Notes: a model not told the origin generated them from the sequence alone. DNA of 64,000 nt from an uncultured delta proteobacterium (GCA_963752595.1 CAVVYZ010000008.1:11269-75268), one strand, 5' to 3'; shown: positions 9,419-20,957, counted from the first letter of the stretch. A program made the numbers and translations.

Positions 9419-10648
9419 TTGGTCAGGGAAGGCGAGTCGGTGCTCGCCTGCTGCTCCGGCGGGGTCGATTCCATGGTACTCCTTGATCTGCTCGTGCATG
9501 CTTCAGGCCTGTTGCACCTTCGGGTGGGCGTGGTGCATGTGGATCACGGGATCAGGGAAGAGGCATCCTGGAAGGATGCGCTTTTCGTTTCCGAGTACTG
9601 TGAAAAGCTCGGGCTGCCCTGCCATGTCTATCAGCTGGGCATGTCGCCGAACGAACCGAACCTGGAAGAGCAGGCACGGCTCAGGCGATATGAGAGGATC
9701 TTTTCATGCATGAGAGAGCACGGCTATCGGTCGGCTGCCACAGGCCATACCATGGACGATCAGGCTGAGACGCTCGTGTACCGGTTCGTCAGGGGAAGCG
9801 GCATCAGGGGCTTGGGCGGCATGGAGCACCGGGGCGCGAACGGCCTCATCAGGCCTATGCTGCCTTTCACCAGGGAACAGATCGAAGGCTATGCAGCACA
9901 GAAAGGCATCCCGTATGGAGAAGACAGCACGAATCTTGACACGATTTTTGTACGCAACCTCATACGCCGCGAAATCATCCCTGTCATGGAAAGGATCAAT
10001 CCTTCGGCGGTCAGAGCCATATCCCGCCTTGCCGGCATCGCGCGGGAGGAGGGGGAGTTCATCGAAGGTCAGGCAACGGCGCTCGAAGGCTCTTCCCGGG
10101 TGCTCGACTGGGGCATCGTGCGGGCGTACCGGCTGGCGGATCTCGAAGGCGCACCGCCCGCAGTGCTGAAACGAATGGTGATCAGGATCGTGTCCGCGAT
10201 GCTGAACGAGCCGAGGGGGATCGACAGCCTCCAGGTGGAAGGCATCATGGAGGTCATTGATGGCCCGAAGGCTGCACATACGATCAAGAGGAAGGTTACG
10301 GCCAGGAGGGATGAAGAGAGTTTGGTTTTCTCCATTTCCGGCACAGGGCCTTTTTATGATTTTGTCGTTCCTGAGCCGGGGATATACTTGATCGAGCCAC
10401 TGCTTCAGCAGGTGCGGATCGACTTCGACAGGAAGCAGGGGCTGCACCTTCACCTGAGGTCTCACTTGGACGGCGAGCGGTTCCAGGGCAAGAGGGTGGT
10501 GAGGCTGCTTGCGGATGGGGGGATCATGAAGTCACTGCGGCCTTTCTGGCCTGTGCTCGTGTCCGGCCGGGAGGTCGTGTCGGTCGCCGGTTTGTGGGAC
10601 AGCGGAGATGGGACGGTCCTCAAAACCGAATTCCCCTGTCAAGGTTAG
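9368..10648 (+). CDS. tilS: tRNA(Ile)-lysidine synthase
   Basis: SGGVDS PP-loop, HVDHGIR, ARLRRY, GHTMDDQAET, IRPML, EDSTN, RNLIR. Confidence 0.96.
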   Translation: MKITMFNSFMKTLTGPCLVREGESVLACCSGGVDSMVLLDLLVHASGLLHLRVGVVHVDHGIREEASWKDALFVSEYCEKLGLPCHVYQLGMSPNEPNLEEQARLRRYERIFSCMREHGYRSAATGHTMDDQAETLVYRFVRGSGIRGLGGMEHRGANGLIRPMLPFTREQIEGYAAQKGIPYGEDSTNLDTIFVRNLIRREIIPVMERINPSAVRAISRLAGIAREEGEFIEGQATALEGSSRVLDWGIVRAYRLADLEGAPPAVLKRMVIRIVSAMLNEPRGIDSLQVEGIMEVIDGPKAAHTIKRKVTARRDEESLVFSISGTGPFYDFVVPEPGIYLIEPLLQQVRIDFDRKQGLHLHLRSHLDGERFQGKRVVRLLADGGIMKSLRPFWPVLVSGREVVSVAGLWDSGDGTVLKTEFPCQG

Positions 10649-10697
10649 GGGCATCCGGATTCAGCAGAATTTCATGAGAAACACCCCAGGATTCATT

Positions 10698-10794
10698 TTC
10701 AGCGCGCTTTGCCTTGATCTTTTCCTTGTCCTTGACCCCGAACCGGTGCTCTTCGTCCACGATGAGGAGGCCCAGGTCGCGGAACTTCACCCTT
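10698..10794 (-). repeat. 97-bp inverted copy of an internal mfd segment (13047-13143)
   Basis: The reverse complement matches the mfd RVKFRDLGLLIVDEEHRFGVKDKEKIKAKRAE coding sequence with one mismatch (GAA vs GAG). Confidence 0.93.
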
Positions 10795-10857
10795 CGGGGA
10801 TAACAAACACGTGAGTATGTGATGGAGACTGCTCTCCATATAAACCATACAGAGCGT

Positions 10858-10942
10858 ATGTAGCCCTTGACCGCTTTACGAAGAGATACTAATGAACATC
10901 ACCATGTTTGATTCATCCGTAAAAACACCCACAGCCGCGAGC
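10858..10942 (+). repeat. 85-bp diverged direct repeat, copy 2 (mfd leader plus first 17 codons)
   Basis: MNITMFDSSVKT vs tilS MKITMFNSFMKT; shared CTTGACC...AAGAGATACTAATG. Confidence 0.8.
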
Positions 10943-13900
10943 ATTCAGAAAAGTCTTGCGCAGGTTCGGTGCATCGGTCCGCTGCCGCCCGCGTTACAGG
11001 CATTTGTCATCGCTGCAATCGTGAAAGATGCTGCAAAGCCGGTGCTCTGGCTCATGGAGAGCACCGACGAGATGTACCAGGCACAGGAGAACCTGGCGGT
11101 CTTCCTCGACACCTCATGGGTAAATGTCTACCCGCCCCTGGATGTCCGGCCGTACCAGGACGACAGCCCATCGAAAGAAATTATTGCCGAGCGCATAAAC
11201 GTGCTCTCCCGGCTGCTCTCGGAACGCCCCGGTGTGGTCATTGCCCCCTTTGACGCGGTCATATGGCCGGTCATTCCGAAGGATGAGCTCGAAGCCTCGC
11301 GCATCCATCTTGGGGCAGATATCGATATCGACAGGGACGACCTGTCCCGCAGGCTCGTCCAGATGGGCTATACACGGGAGGCCCTCATTGATGACATCGG
11401 CCAGTTCAGCATCCGGGGCTCGGTCATGGATATCTATTCCCCCGGCATGGAAGAGCCTGTCCGGATCGACCTGTGGGGGGATACGGTCACCTCGATCAAG
11501 ACATTCAACCTGAACACACAGCGCTCCGGCAAGCTGATCCCGTCCGTCACCATCCTGCCCGCAAGCGAGGTGCTGCTGGATATCAACCATGTAAAGAACG
11601 CACGTCCTTGGCTGCGGAGGATGAAAGACCCGTCCATGGCCGCCCTCATCGGGGATATCGAGCAGGGGATCTACCCTCCGGGCATCGAGGCCTACCTCAC
11701 CCTGTTCTACGAGCAGCCTGCAACAGTCTTCGATTACCTGCCTGCAGGGAGCATCGCGGCATGCCCTGACAGCTCCATCCTCGATCTCTGGTGGGAGAAC
11801 GCATCTGCGAGGTTCATGCAGGCATACGAGCACCTGAAGGAAGGGAAGGGCAAGCATCTCCCGCCCGAATCTCTCCTGGTCGGCAGGGAAGCGATCAGGA
11901 AAGGCATCGAAAGGCTTGAGCCTGCAGGTCGCCACATCCTTTAATGAAAAGGGCCGGTGCCCGGACTTCAGAACCATACCGGCGGTCCCTCCATCGGCCA
12001 AGGCAAGCGAAATCCTGATCGAGACCATCAAGGATCTCCAGGGCGAGGGCATGGACGTCTTTGTCTTTGCCGGCAACCAGATGCTTGTCTGAGCGTGTCA
12101 ACTTTGCCCTGACCAGCCGCGGCCTTGCACCCGGCCAATCGGAAGGCACACGGATGCTTTCCCGCGAAGGGTGGGGGGCCAAGCTCTTCGTTGCAGACGG
12201 CTACCTCTCCTCCGGGTTCGTCCTGCCCAAGCTCGGGATAGCCGTGATATCGGCCGATGAGATGCTGGGATTCAGGAAGCGGAAGAAACGCTCTGCCGGA
12301 GGTCTCCCTCTGCTGAATCCCTTTACCCAGCTCAACGTGGGTGATGCGGTGGTGCACCAGGATAACGGCATCGGCATTTTCCAGGGCGTTATGCGGCTCG
12401 AGCTCGAAGGCTTCAAGAGCGATTTTGTCCAGCTGGAATATCTGGGTGGAGACAAGCTCTACGTGCCGGTCTACAGGCTATCGCTCCTCCAGCGCTACAT
12501 CGGCGATACCGATGCCTTCATCATCGACAAGCTGGGCGGCACCAGGTGGTCCAAAGTTACGGAAAAGGCGCGGGAGTCCGTGGCAAAGCTCGCCAACGAC
12601 CTGCTTGCCATCTATGCCAAGAGAGAGAGCAGCATCGGCTTCACCTATGACACCTCGGCTCCCGTGGTGGAGGAGTTCGAGGACACCTTCCCTTATGAAG
12701 AGACAGAGGACCAGCTCAAGGCAGTGGAGGAAGTGTACGGCGACATGGCTTCGCGCAAACCCATGGACCGGCTCATCTGCGGCGATGTGGGCTACGGCAA
12801 GACCGAGGTGGCATTGCGGGCCGCTTATGCAGCGGTGATGTCGGGCAAGCAGGTGTGCGTGCTCGTGCCCACAACCCTGCTTGCCAGGCAGCATTTGAAC
12901 ACCTTTAAGGACAGGTTCTCCAACTGGCCGTTCCGGGTGGAGGGAATATCGGGCTTTTCCACCTCGGCACACAACAAAGAGGTGCAGGCAGACCTGGAAA
13001 AGGGCAAGGTGGATGTAATCATCGGCACACATGCCCTGCTCACCGAAAGGGTGAAGTTCCGCGACCTGGGCCTCCTCATCGTGGACGAGGAGCACCGGTT
13101 CGGGGTCAAGGACAAGGAAAAGATCAAGGCAAAGCGCGCTGAAGTCGACATCCTCACCCTCACCGCCACACCCATACCCCGGACACTGAACATGGCCATA
13201 TCCGGCATCCGCGACCTGTCAGTGATCGAGACACCGCCGGTCGACAGGAAGTCCATCGAGACCGTGGTGAGCAGGTATGACGAGGAGACGGTCCAGCAGG
13301 TGATTACACGGGAGCTGCTCAGGGGAGGGCAGGTCTTCTTTGTCCACAACCAGGTTGCCTCGATCGAAAGCATGGCCCGCAGGATCGAGGGGCTCGTTGC
13401 AAATGCGCGGGTTGGAGTGGCCCACGGCCAGATGTCGCGGACACAGCTCGAGCATGTCATGTCGCGACTTCCTCGACCGCACCGCGAACGTGCTCGTGAC
13501 TTCGGCCATAATCTCCTCGGGCATCGACATCCCGTCCGCAAACACGATCATCATCAACAGGGCGGACAAATTCGGCCTTGCCGACCTCTACCAGCTCCGC
13601 GGCAGGGTGGGCAGGTCCAAGATCAAGGGATTTGCGCTCCTGCTCATCCCCGAAGTCGGCCAGATCACCAGAGACGCCAGGAAGAGGCTTGCCGCCATCA
13701 AGGAATACGAATCGCTCGGCGCCGGGTTCCAGATGGCCCTGCGGGATATGGAGATCCGGGGTGTGGGAGACATCCTGGGCAGGGCCCAGTGGGGCCATGT
13801 CACGGCCATCGGGTATGAGTCTACCAGCAGATGCTCAAAGAGGCGGTGGATATGCTCCAGGGCAAGGAGGTCGTGACCGAGTTCGACCCCGAGATCCAGA

Positions 13901-14299
13901 TCCAGCTCAATGCATACATCCCCGAGGAATACTGCCCGGACCAGCACTTGCGGCTCGGCCTGTATAAACGGCTTTTCTCGGCTCGGAGCGAACGAACTGC
14001 CTGAGATCCGAGAAGAAATCACCGACCTCTACGGAGAGCCGCCGCAGCCGGTCAAAGACCTGATGATCATAGCCGAAATCCGCGACAGGATGAAAAAACT
14101 CCGCCTGAAAAAGCTCGAGCGCAAAGATAACCGGTTGAGGTTATACCTGGGCCGTGATAGCATAATAAACTTGAAGGACTTGATAGAACTGGTAACACAG
14201 AAATACGGGCGGCTCTACCCGCAAGGGATTGCCGAGATCCCCATTGGAGAAGAGAACGTATCGGATGAGATACGCGACATCCTCTACCGCATCGCGTAA
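10892..14299 (+). CDS. mfd: Transcription-repair coupling factor (split by several frameshifts)
   Basis: UvrB-homology region (FSIRGSVMDIY), RID/CarD (GDAVVH..GIG), MDRLICGDVGYGKT, DEEHRFG, TATPIPRTL, QLRGRVGRS, DMEIRGVG and the TRCF C-terminus, across ORFs 10892-11944, 12061-13818, 13340-13876 and 13910-14299. Confidence 0.95.
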
Positions 14300-14336
14300 A
14301 AATGATATCGGGGTTAGATTACATACGAGGTGAGCT

Positions 14337-15192
14337 TTGATGAACTCTATGAGGTATCGGTCAGGGACAGGCGTCATGCTCGGGGTCATTTTCATGATGA
14401 CCGCCTGGGGCAATGCCCGCGCCGAGATGATCGACGGCATCGTGGCAGTGGTGGACAACGCTATCATCATGGACTCTGACCTGCAAAAGAAGATGACAGA
14501 GCTCGGGGCGCCGGAGGCGAGCAAGTCCGCCGAGAAGCAAGGTGCTCGAGCTCATGGTGGAAGATATCGTCATAGGTAAGGTCTACAAATCCATGGGGTT
14601 GCCGCCGGTTGCGGACAAAGAGGCGGAAGCTTTTGCCAAGAGCCAGAACGTCAGCCTGGAAACTGCAAAAAGCTACATTATGAAGGGCACCCTGATGGAT
14701 ATCATGGTCAAGTCAAGGGTAGTCATCACCGGGAATATGATCAAGAACTATTATGTGAGCCATGACGAGTACCAGGGAAAGAGTGCGGTCCGGCTCAAAC
14801 AGATCCTCGTCAAAGGCGATGACTCCAAGGTCCGGAACGCGCTCGAAGAGCTACATGCCGGCGCTACGTTCGATATGGTTGCAAAGAAGTATTCCGATGT
14901 GCTTGCATCAGGAAGTTCGGATATCGGGTGGATTGCCATTGACGATCTTTCCGACGAGGTAAAGAGCAGCATATCGGATGCCAAGCCCGGGGATATCATA
15001 GGCCCCATAACCATGAGCGGAAACAGACAGGCCGTTTATCAGTTCGTGGAAAAAGGCTTTTCAGGCCGGAAAAGCCTGGATGAGGTCAGTGATGAAATAT
15101 CCGACATCCTTGTAAAGAAATACCAGCAGGAAGCATTCAACCACTGGCTGGAGAAGATGATGTCCGAATACTTCATCGGAATATATATTTAA
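14337..15192 (+). CDS. surA: SurA/PpiC-type peptidyl-prolyl isomerase chaperone (one frameshift)
   Basis: Signal peptide then IDGIVAVVDNAII (SurA N-terminus); parvulin domain LKQILVK...FDMVAKKYS...DIGWI. Typical position after mfd. Confidence 0.8.
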
Positions 15193-15364
15193 TTACCGGT
15201 GATTCCTCTCGTTGAATAAGAAGCGCTTGCCATATTCGATTATTTGCGTTGTAGTATCTCCTTAAGGAAGCTTAACAAAACCCAAAAATCATCATAGCCT
15301 CGAAACGGCATTGCAATGCAATTCCAGGGTAAATACGGGAAAAGACACGCAACACGGAGCAGCA

Positions 15365-18145
15365 ATGAAGGATTTCATCGAGATAAAAGGAGCTTGTGAA
15401 CACAATCTCAAAGGGATAGACGTTTCGATCCCGAGAAACAAATTCGTCGTCGTTACCGGCGTATCCGGCTCGGGAAAATCATCACTCGCATTCGATACGC
15501 TCTATGCCGAAGGCCAGAGGCGGTATGTGGAATCCTTGAGCGCCTACGCCCGGCAGTTTCTGGAGCAGATGCCCAAGCCCCAGGTGGAATCCATCGAAGG
15601 GCTTTCCCCTGCAATCGCGATAGAGCAGAAGACCACGTCCAACAACCCGAGGTCCACGGTGGGCACGGTGACCGAAATCTATGACTATATGCGCGTGCTC
15701 TTTGCCCGCATCGGAACCCCGCATTGCTGGCAGTGCGGTGCCATGATCGAGTCAATGACCATTCAGCAGATGGCGAGTGCGGTCCTCACACTAGGCCGGG
15801 GAGCAAAGATCATTATCCAGGCGCCGGTTGTCACCGGCAGGAAAGGCGAGTACACAAAGCTCTTCGAAAACCTTGCAAAAGACGGATTCGTCCGTGTGAG
15901 CATCGACGGCGAGATGTACGACATCGAAGATGTGCCGGCGCTGGACAAGAAAAAGAAGCATACCATCGACGTGGTCGTGGACAGGCTCGTCATCAAGGAA
16001 GGCATCAACCAGCGCCTCATCGATTCCATCGAGATCGCCTGCAAACTCTCGGAAGGCACCCTCAAGATCAAGGACGCCAAGGGCAACGAGACGATCTATT
16101 CCGAGCATTACAGCTGTCCGGTCTGCAACGTGTCGTTCCCCGAGATATCCCCCCGGATGTTCTCGTTCAACAACCCTCACGGCGCATGTCCACGGTGCAC
16201 GGGCCTGGGCGTCCTGCTGGAGGTGGACCCGGAGCTCGTGGTCCCCAATACCGGGCTTTCGCTCCTGCAGGGTGCGGTCGTCTCCTGGGGGGTTCCTCCG
16301 GGAAAGTTCGCAACCAGGCTCATCAGGCACCTGTCCCGGATTTTAGTTTTCGATCCGAAAACCCCCTTTGAAGAACTCGACCCTGACGTGCAGAAAACCA
16401 TCTTCTACGGCAACGGTGTCAGGGGACCCTGGGGAACCCCCTTCGAAGGCGCGATCCCGAACCTCGAGAGGAGGCTCAACGATACCGAAACCGGCGAGAT
16501 CAGGAGCGATGTACAGCGCTTCCTCAATTACAAGGCGTGTCCGGAATGCCATGGAGCCAGGCTGAAAAAGGAGATGCTCCATGTGGAGATAGGCGAAAAG
16601 AACATCTTCCAGCTCACGGACATGAGCGTGGACTGCCTGCTGACTTATTTCAATACCCTGGCGTTGACGCCCAAGAAAAAGGAGATTGCCGGGAGATTGA
16701 TCAAGGAGATCAAGGACCGGCTCGGGTTCCTCACCTCGGTGGGCATCGGGTACCTCACCCTTGCCCGGGCCGCAGGCACCCTCTCTTCCGGAGAGTCGCA
16801 GCGGATCAGGCTGGCAACCCAGATCGGCTCTGCCCTCATGGGCGTGATGTACATCCTCGACGAGCCGACTATCGGGCTCCACCAGCGTGACAATGACCGG
16901 CTCATCAACACCCTCATTCACTTAAGGGATCTCGGCAATACCCTGATCGTGGTGGAGCACGACGAAGACACGATCCGCGCATCGGACTACGTGATCGACA
17001 TGGGCCCGGGTGCAGGTGAGAAAGGCGGGTCCATCATCTTCGAGGGAACACCTGAGGAGCTCATTATCTCGGAGACTTCGCTCACCGGGAAATATCTCTC
17101 GGGCAGGCTTTCCGTCCATGAATCTACGACGCGAAGAGATGCTGGGAGGGGGCATCTCACGATCAAGGGTGCAACGGCCAACAACCTCAAAGGCATCGAC
17201 GCATCCATACCCATCGGTCTGTTCACCTGTGTCACCGGCGTTTCCGGCTCCGGCAAGTCGAGCCTTATCATCGATACGCTCTATCCCTATCTCACCAAGG
17301 CGCTTTCCGGCTCCCGGGCAGTGCCCCACAACGTGAAAGCCATTACCGGGATCGAGCTCATCGACCGGGTCATCAATGTGGACCAGAGCCCTATCGGAAG
17401 GACGCCCCGGTCGAACCCGGCCACCTACACAGGCATCTTCACGCTCATCCGCGAGATCTTCACCATGCTGCCCGACGCCAAGCTGCGGGGGTACAAGCCC
17501 GGCAGGTTCAGCTTCAATGTCAAGGGCGGCAGGTGCGAGGCGTGCCAGGGCGACGGTCTCATCAAGATCACCATGCACTTCCTCCCGGATGTGTACGTCG
17601 TGTGCGATCAATGCCAGGGAAAGCGTTTCAATGATGAGACCCTGGAGATCAAGTACAAAGGCAGGTCCATTGCAGACGTGCTCGGCATGAGCGTAACGCA
17701 GGCCCTCGAACTGTTCGATGCCGTCCCGTCCATCAAACGCAAGCTCCAGACGCTGGTGGATGTAGGGATGGATTATATAAGGCTCGGCCAGAGCGCCACC
17801 ACCCTTTCCGGCGGCGAGGCGCAGCGCACGAAGCTGGCACGCGAGCTCTCGAAGCGATCCACGGGCAAAACCCTCTACATCCTGGACGAGCCGACCACGG
17901 GCCTGCATTTCGAAGATATCAGCAAGCTCCTGAAAGTCCTGCACCACCTCGTGGACCAGGGCAACACCGTTCTCGTCATCGAACACAACATGGACATCGT
18001 CAAATCAGCCGACCATCTCATCGATTTAGGCCCGGAAGGAGGCGATGACGGAGGCAGGATCGTAGCCGTCGGATCGCCGGAAGAGATTGCCCGGTGCGAA
18101 TCCTCCCATACCGGGAGATATCTTGGGCGGCATCTCTTTCCTTGA
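15365..18145 (+). CDS. uvrA: Excinuclease ABC subunit A
   Basis: Two GVSGSGKSS Walker A motifs, [28 protein letters not shown], zinc fingers. Intact frame. Confidence 0.98.
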   Translation: MKDFIEIKGACEHNLKGIDVSIPRNKFVVVTGVSGSGKSSLAFDTLYAEGQRRYVESLSAYARQFLEQMPKPQVESIEGLSPAIAIEQKTTSNNPRSTVGTVTEIYDYMRVLFARIGTPHCWQCGAMIESMTIQQMASAVLTLGRGAKIIIQAPVVTGRKGEYTKLFENLAKDGFVRVSIDGEMYDIEDVPALDKKKKHTIDVVVDRLVIKEGINQRLIDSIEIACKLSEGTLKIKDAKGNETIYSEHYSCPVCNVSFPEISPRMFSFNNPHGACPRCTGLGVLLEVDPELVVPNTGLSLLQGAVVSWGVPPGKFATRLIRHLSRILVFDPKTPFEELDPDVQKTIFYGNGVRGPWGTPFEGAIPNLERRLNDTETGEIRSDVQRFLNYKACPECHGARLKKEMLHVEIGEKNIFQLTDMSVDCLLTYFNTLALTPKKKEIAGRLIKEIKDRLGFLTSVGIGYLTLARAAGTLSSGESQRIRLATQIGSALMGVMYILDEPTIGLHQRDNDRLINTLIHLRDLGNTLIVVEHDEDTIRASDYVIDMGPGAGEKGGSIIFEGTPEELIISETSLTGKYLSGRLSVHESTTRRDAGRGHLTIKGATANNLKGIDASIPIGLFTCVTGVSGSGKSSLIIDTLYPYLTKALSGSRAVPHNVKAITGIELIDRVINVDQSPIGRTPRSNPATYTGIFTLIREIFTMLPDAKLRGYKPGRFSFNVKGGRCEACQGDGLIKITMHFLPDVYVVCDQCQGKRFNDETLEIKYKGRSIADVLGMSVTQALELFDAVPSIKRKLQTLVDVGMDYIRLGQSATTLSGGEAQRTKLARELSKRSTGKTLYILDEPTTGLHFEDISKLLKVLHHLVDQGNTVLVIEHNMDIVKSADHLIDLGPEGGDDGGRIVAVGSPEEIARCESSHTGRYLGRHLFP

Positions 18146-18170
18146 CAATATGGGACAGGGGGGTTTAAAT
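18142..18170 (+). promoter_or_regulatory. Putative sigma70 promoter for the SBP gene
   Basis: TTGACA (18142-18147) overlapping the uvrA stop, 17-nt spacer, TTAAAT; AT-rich leader and GGAGGAG RBS. Confidence 0.45.
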
Positions 18171-18242
18171 ATTCATAGGTTATGTAAATAAATTATAAAA
18201 AGTATGTATTTACAAGACTTTTGATTATGGGGAGGAGAAAAA

Positions 18243-19259
18243 ATGAAGAAGTTTGTTGTTATTGCAGTTTTTATTTCGCTTATGGGGTGCTTCATTCAGC
18301 AGGGCCATGCAGAAGAGAAAACCTACCGCATCGAGGTGCTCCAGGTAACGAACATCGATCCCTTTGACAGGGCTTATAAGGGGTTCATAAGTGAGCTCGC
18401 CCGTAACGGCCTTGTCGAAGGCAAAAACTTGAAGGTCAATAAAAGAATCATCGACTTCGACGTGGAGAAGGGCGGCCTCTGGAAGAAGGTGGGTGTTCTC
18501 ATGAGCATCAAGAGCAAGGCCTCTGAGATCGTTGCCGCAAAACCCGACCTCGTGCTCACCATCGGAACCCCTGCAACGAAATATGCAAAGGATAAGATCA
18601 TCTCGGCAGGCATTCCGCTCGTATTCACCGCCGTTGCCTATCCCAAGGCCGCCGGCTGCGCATCGCTTACCGAGGCGGGCAAGGGTTTTACAGGTTCAAC
18701 TTTGTGGATGGATGTGAAGGGCATCCTCCAGATCATGAAGCTCGCATTCCCGGCCGTGAAGACAGTAGGCATTGTCCACACAGACGATGAGAACGCGGTT
18801 GCCGCTGTTGAGGATGTTAAGAAAATAGCACCTGCACTCGGCATGACTTGCATATCAAAGGAAATCAACAAGAAGGACTCCATCACCCCTGCCTCGGATG
18901 AACTGCGGACCCAGGGAGCCCAGGCCTTTATCGTCCCTCTCGACTCGTACTATGGACTGAGAGATTACGAGCCATGCCGCAAGCTCGGCGACTTTTCGGT
19001 CAAGTATAAAACCCCGGTGGTAAGCTTCACCCTGCTCAAAGTACCGGGGGCAATTCTGTACATCGGCGCTGACTTCATAAATATCGGATCGTATGCCGGA
19101 AAACAGGCCGTGAAAATCCTCAAAGAGGGCGCCAGGCCGGAAAGCCTTCCCATCATGAGGCAGGACGAGCTCAAGATCCTTGTAGACATAAAGCAGATGC
19201 AGTCCCTGGGCGTCAAACTGCCTATGGAGATCCTGCAGCTCGCAAAGCCGGTGGAATAG
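18243..19259 (+). CDS. ABC transporter substrate-binding protein (COG2984/ABC_sub_bind type), paralogue 1
   Basis: Signal peptide, KPDLVLTIGTPA, IPLVFTAV, GKQAVKILKEG..PESLPI. Confidence 0.85.
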   Translation: MKKFVVIAVFISLMGCFIQQGHAEEKTYRIEVLQVTNIDPFDRAYKGFISELARNGLVEGKNLKVNKRIIDFDVEKGGLWKKVGVLMSIKSKASEIVAAKPDLVLTIGTPATKYAKDKIISAGIPLVFTAVAYPKAAGCASLTEAGKGFTGSTLWMDVKGILQIMKLAFPAVKTVGIVHTDDENAVAAVEDVKKIAPALGMTCISKEINKKDSITPASDELRTQGAQAFIVPLDSYYGLRDYEPCRKLGDFSVKYKTPVVSFTLLKVPGAILYIGADFINIGSYAGKQAVKILKEGARPESLPIMRQDELKILVDIKQMQSLGVKLPMEILQLAKPVE

Positions 19260-19335
19260 CTTCTTGAAGTACCCGGCAATGCCCGGTCCGGAATGACTCA
19301 CCCGCAGAAGCGGGGGAATGAATCCACACGGCGGG

Positions 19336-19533
19336 TTATTCTTTTGGATGCAGTACCGAATAGATCGCCCGGGAGAGCTTGACAAGGGTATAGGGCTTCT
19401 GGATAAACCCGTTTATTCCGAACTGCAGTACGGCTTCGACACGCTCGTCTTTCTTGAACCCTGAAGACAGGAGAACGCGGACGCCTTTGTCAATGGCCTG
19501 GAGCTCCTGATAGACCTCGGGTGATGTTCTCAT
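19336..19533 (-). pseudogene. C-terminal half of a receiver (REC) domain, remnant
   Basis: VRVLLSSGF...GFIQKPYTL..LSRAI is the beta4-alpha5 end of hybrid-kinase receivers. The phospho-acceptor Asp half is absent. Confidence 0.7.
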
Positions 19534-19967
19534 CGTTATCAGTGGATATCAGCAGAGAGGGCATGAACTGGAAATATAACTGTCTTTTATCATCGCCGGC
19601 TGCAGCACCTCGCATGCTGTCCTGTATTCCTGATATGACTTTTATAAAATAACATCATTCCAGCAATAAAAAGATCTGCTGTTATCAAAATACGAAAATA
19701 TTCATAAGTTATTATACTGAAGGTCCCTGTTCAAGGGCATTGATCCTTGTGCCGCCTTGCCGATTATGAAAAACGTCAATGCCTTCAAAGCGCAGTCGGA
19801 CTTATGCTTGGGAAAAATAAGTCTTTGGCGGAAACCTAGAAAAGTTGAGGCTGCCTGCAAAGAGCATCCCAGGCCGGCTTACGCCTGTTTAAAGAATTAT
19901 TGAAGCATTCCCGATATAAACGTGTACTTTGGCATATTGCATTATAAATATTTGAAAGGGGTTACTC

Positions 19968-20957
19968 ATGAAAAAGATCGTTTTACTGCTTGCACTCACT
20001 GTATTTTTTACCGGCCCATGTTTTGCGTACCATATCGAAGTGCTCCAGGTTTCAAAGATCAGCGCTTTTGACGATGCCTATAATGGATTTATCGATGAGC
20101 TTGGAAAGAACGGCCTTGTGGTGGGGAAGAACCTTACGGTTAAAAGGCGTGTAATCGATGCGAGTGCGGATGCCGGTCTCTTGAAGAAGATGATGATCCT
20201 TTTGAAAATCAAGTCTACCACTTCCGACATCGTGAGTGCAAAACCCGACCTGGTGCTCACCATCAGCACGCCTGCAACGAAGTATTCCATGGATAAGATA
20301 ATCGGCGCCGGCATCCCGCTCGTGTTCTCATGCGTGGCAAACCCGCCCATCATCGGATGCCAGTCCGTAGCACAGCCCTCTAAAGGGCTCACAGGCGCAA
20401 CTCTGTACCAGGATCCTCTCACATTCCTTGTGCTTGCCCAGATGGCGAAACCGGGTCTCAAGACCATAGGTCTCATCCACAGCGACGATGACAATGCCAT
20501 AGCCTTTGCCCAGGAAATATCACGCAAGGCATCAAGCTTAGGGGTTACCATCCTCGCCAAGCAGGTTGAGAGATCGGCTTCGATAAAACCCGTTGCCCAG
20601 GCGCTAGTCAAGGCCGGTGTCGATTCTTTCGCTATTCCCCTCGATGCGTGGTACGGGCTCCGCAATCAGGAGCAGGGCAAGGCTCTTTTTGCCATAGCCA
20701 AAGAGAACAAGCTCCCGGTTTTTGCTTTTGCCAACTACGATGAAAAGGGTGCAGTCCTCTATGCAGGCCCGGACTTCGGGTACATAGGAAGGCTATCGGG
20801 AAAGCAGGCCGTTGCCATTCTCAAGGATGGAAGGAAGCCCGAATCTTTGCCGATCCTCAAGCAGGAAGAGCTTAGTATCTATGTGGACAACGACATCGCA
20901 CAAGAGCTCGGCATCAAGATCTCCGACCGTTTGTTGAAAGCTGCCAAGGTCAGATGA
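19968..20957 (+). CDS. ABC transporter substrate-binding protein (COG2984 type), paralogue 2
   Basis: Collinear with 18243-19259: IEVLQV, KPDLVLTISTPATKY, GKQAVAILKDG.KPESLPI. Confidence 0.85.
   Translation: MKKIVLLLALTVFFTGPCFAYHIEVLQVSKISAFDDAYNGFIDELGKNGLVVGKNLTVKRRVIDASADAGLLKKMMILLKIKSTTSDIVSAKPDLVLTISTPATKYSMDKIIGAGIPLVFSCVANPPIIGCQSVAQPSKGLTGATLYQDPLTFLVLAQMAKPGLKTIGLIHSDDDNAIAFAQEISRKASSLGVTILAKQVERSASIKPVAQALVKAGVDSFAIPLDAWYGLRNQEQGKALFAIAKENKLPVFAFANYDEKGAVLYAGPDFGYIGRLSGKQAVAILKDGRKPESLPILKQEELSIYVDNDIAQELGIKISDRLLKAAKVR

Noticed and set aside
10608-10814. 68-aa ORF in the tilS-mfd spacer
   Set aside because: Mostly the antisense translation of the duplicated mfd fragment; no independent coding evidence.
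10698-13143. DGR template/variable repeat pair
   Set aside because: Only one mismatch, the target is a conserved catalytic motif, and there is no reverse transcriptase in the window.
15193-15364. LexA/SOS box upstream of uvrA
   Set aside because: No convincing match to the LexA motifs I know.
15453-17986. Long antisense ORFs over uvrA (similarly over ppdK, nrdD, istA and the kinases)
   Set aside because: Shadow ORFs expected from GC-rich codon usage; no recognisable motifs.
19534-19967. Riboswitch upstream of the second SBP
   Set aside because: Only short hairpins such as GACTTAT/ATAAGTC; no recognisable aptamer consensus.
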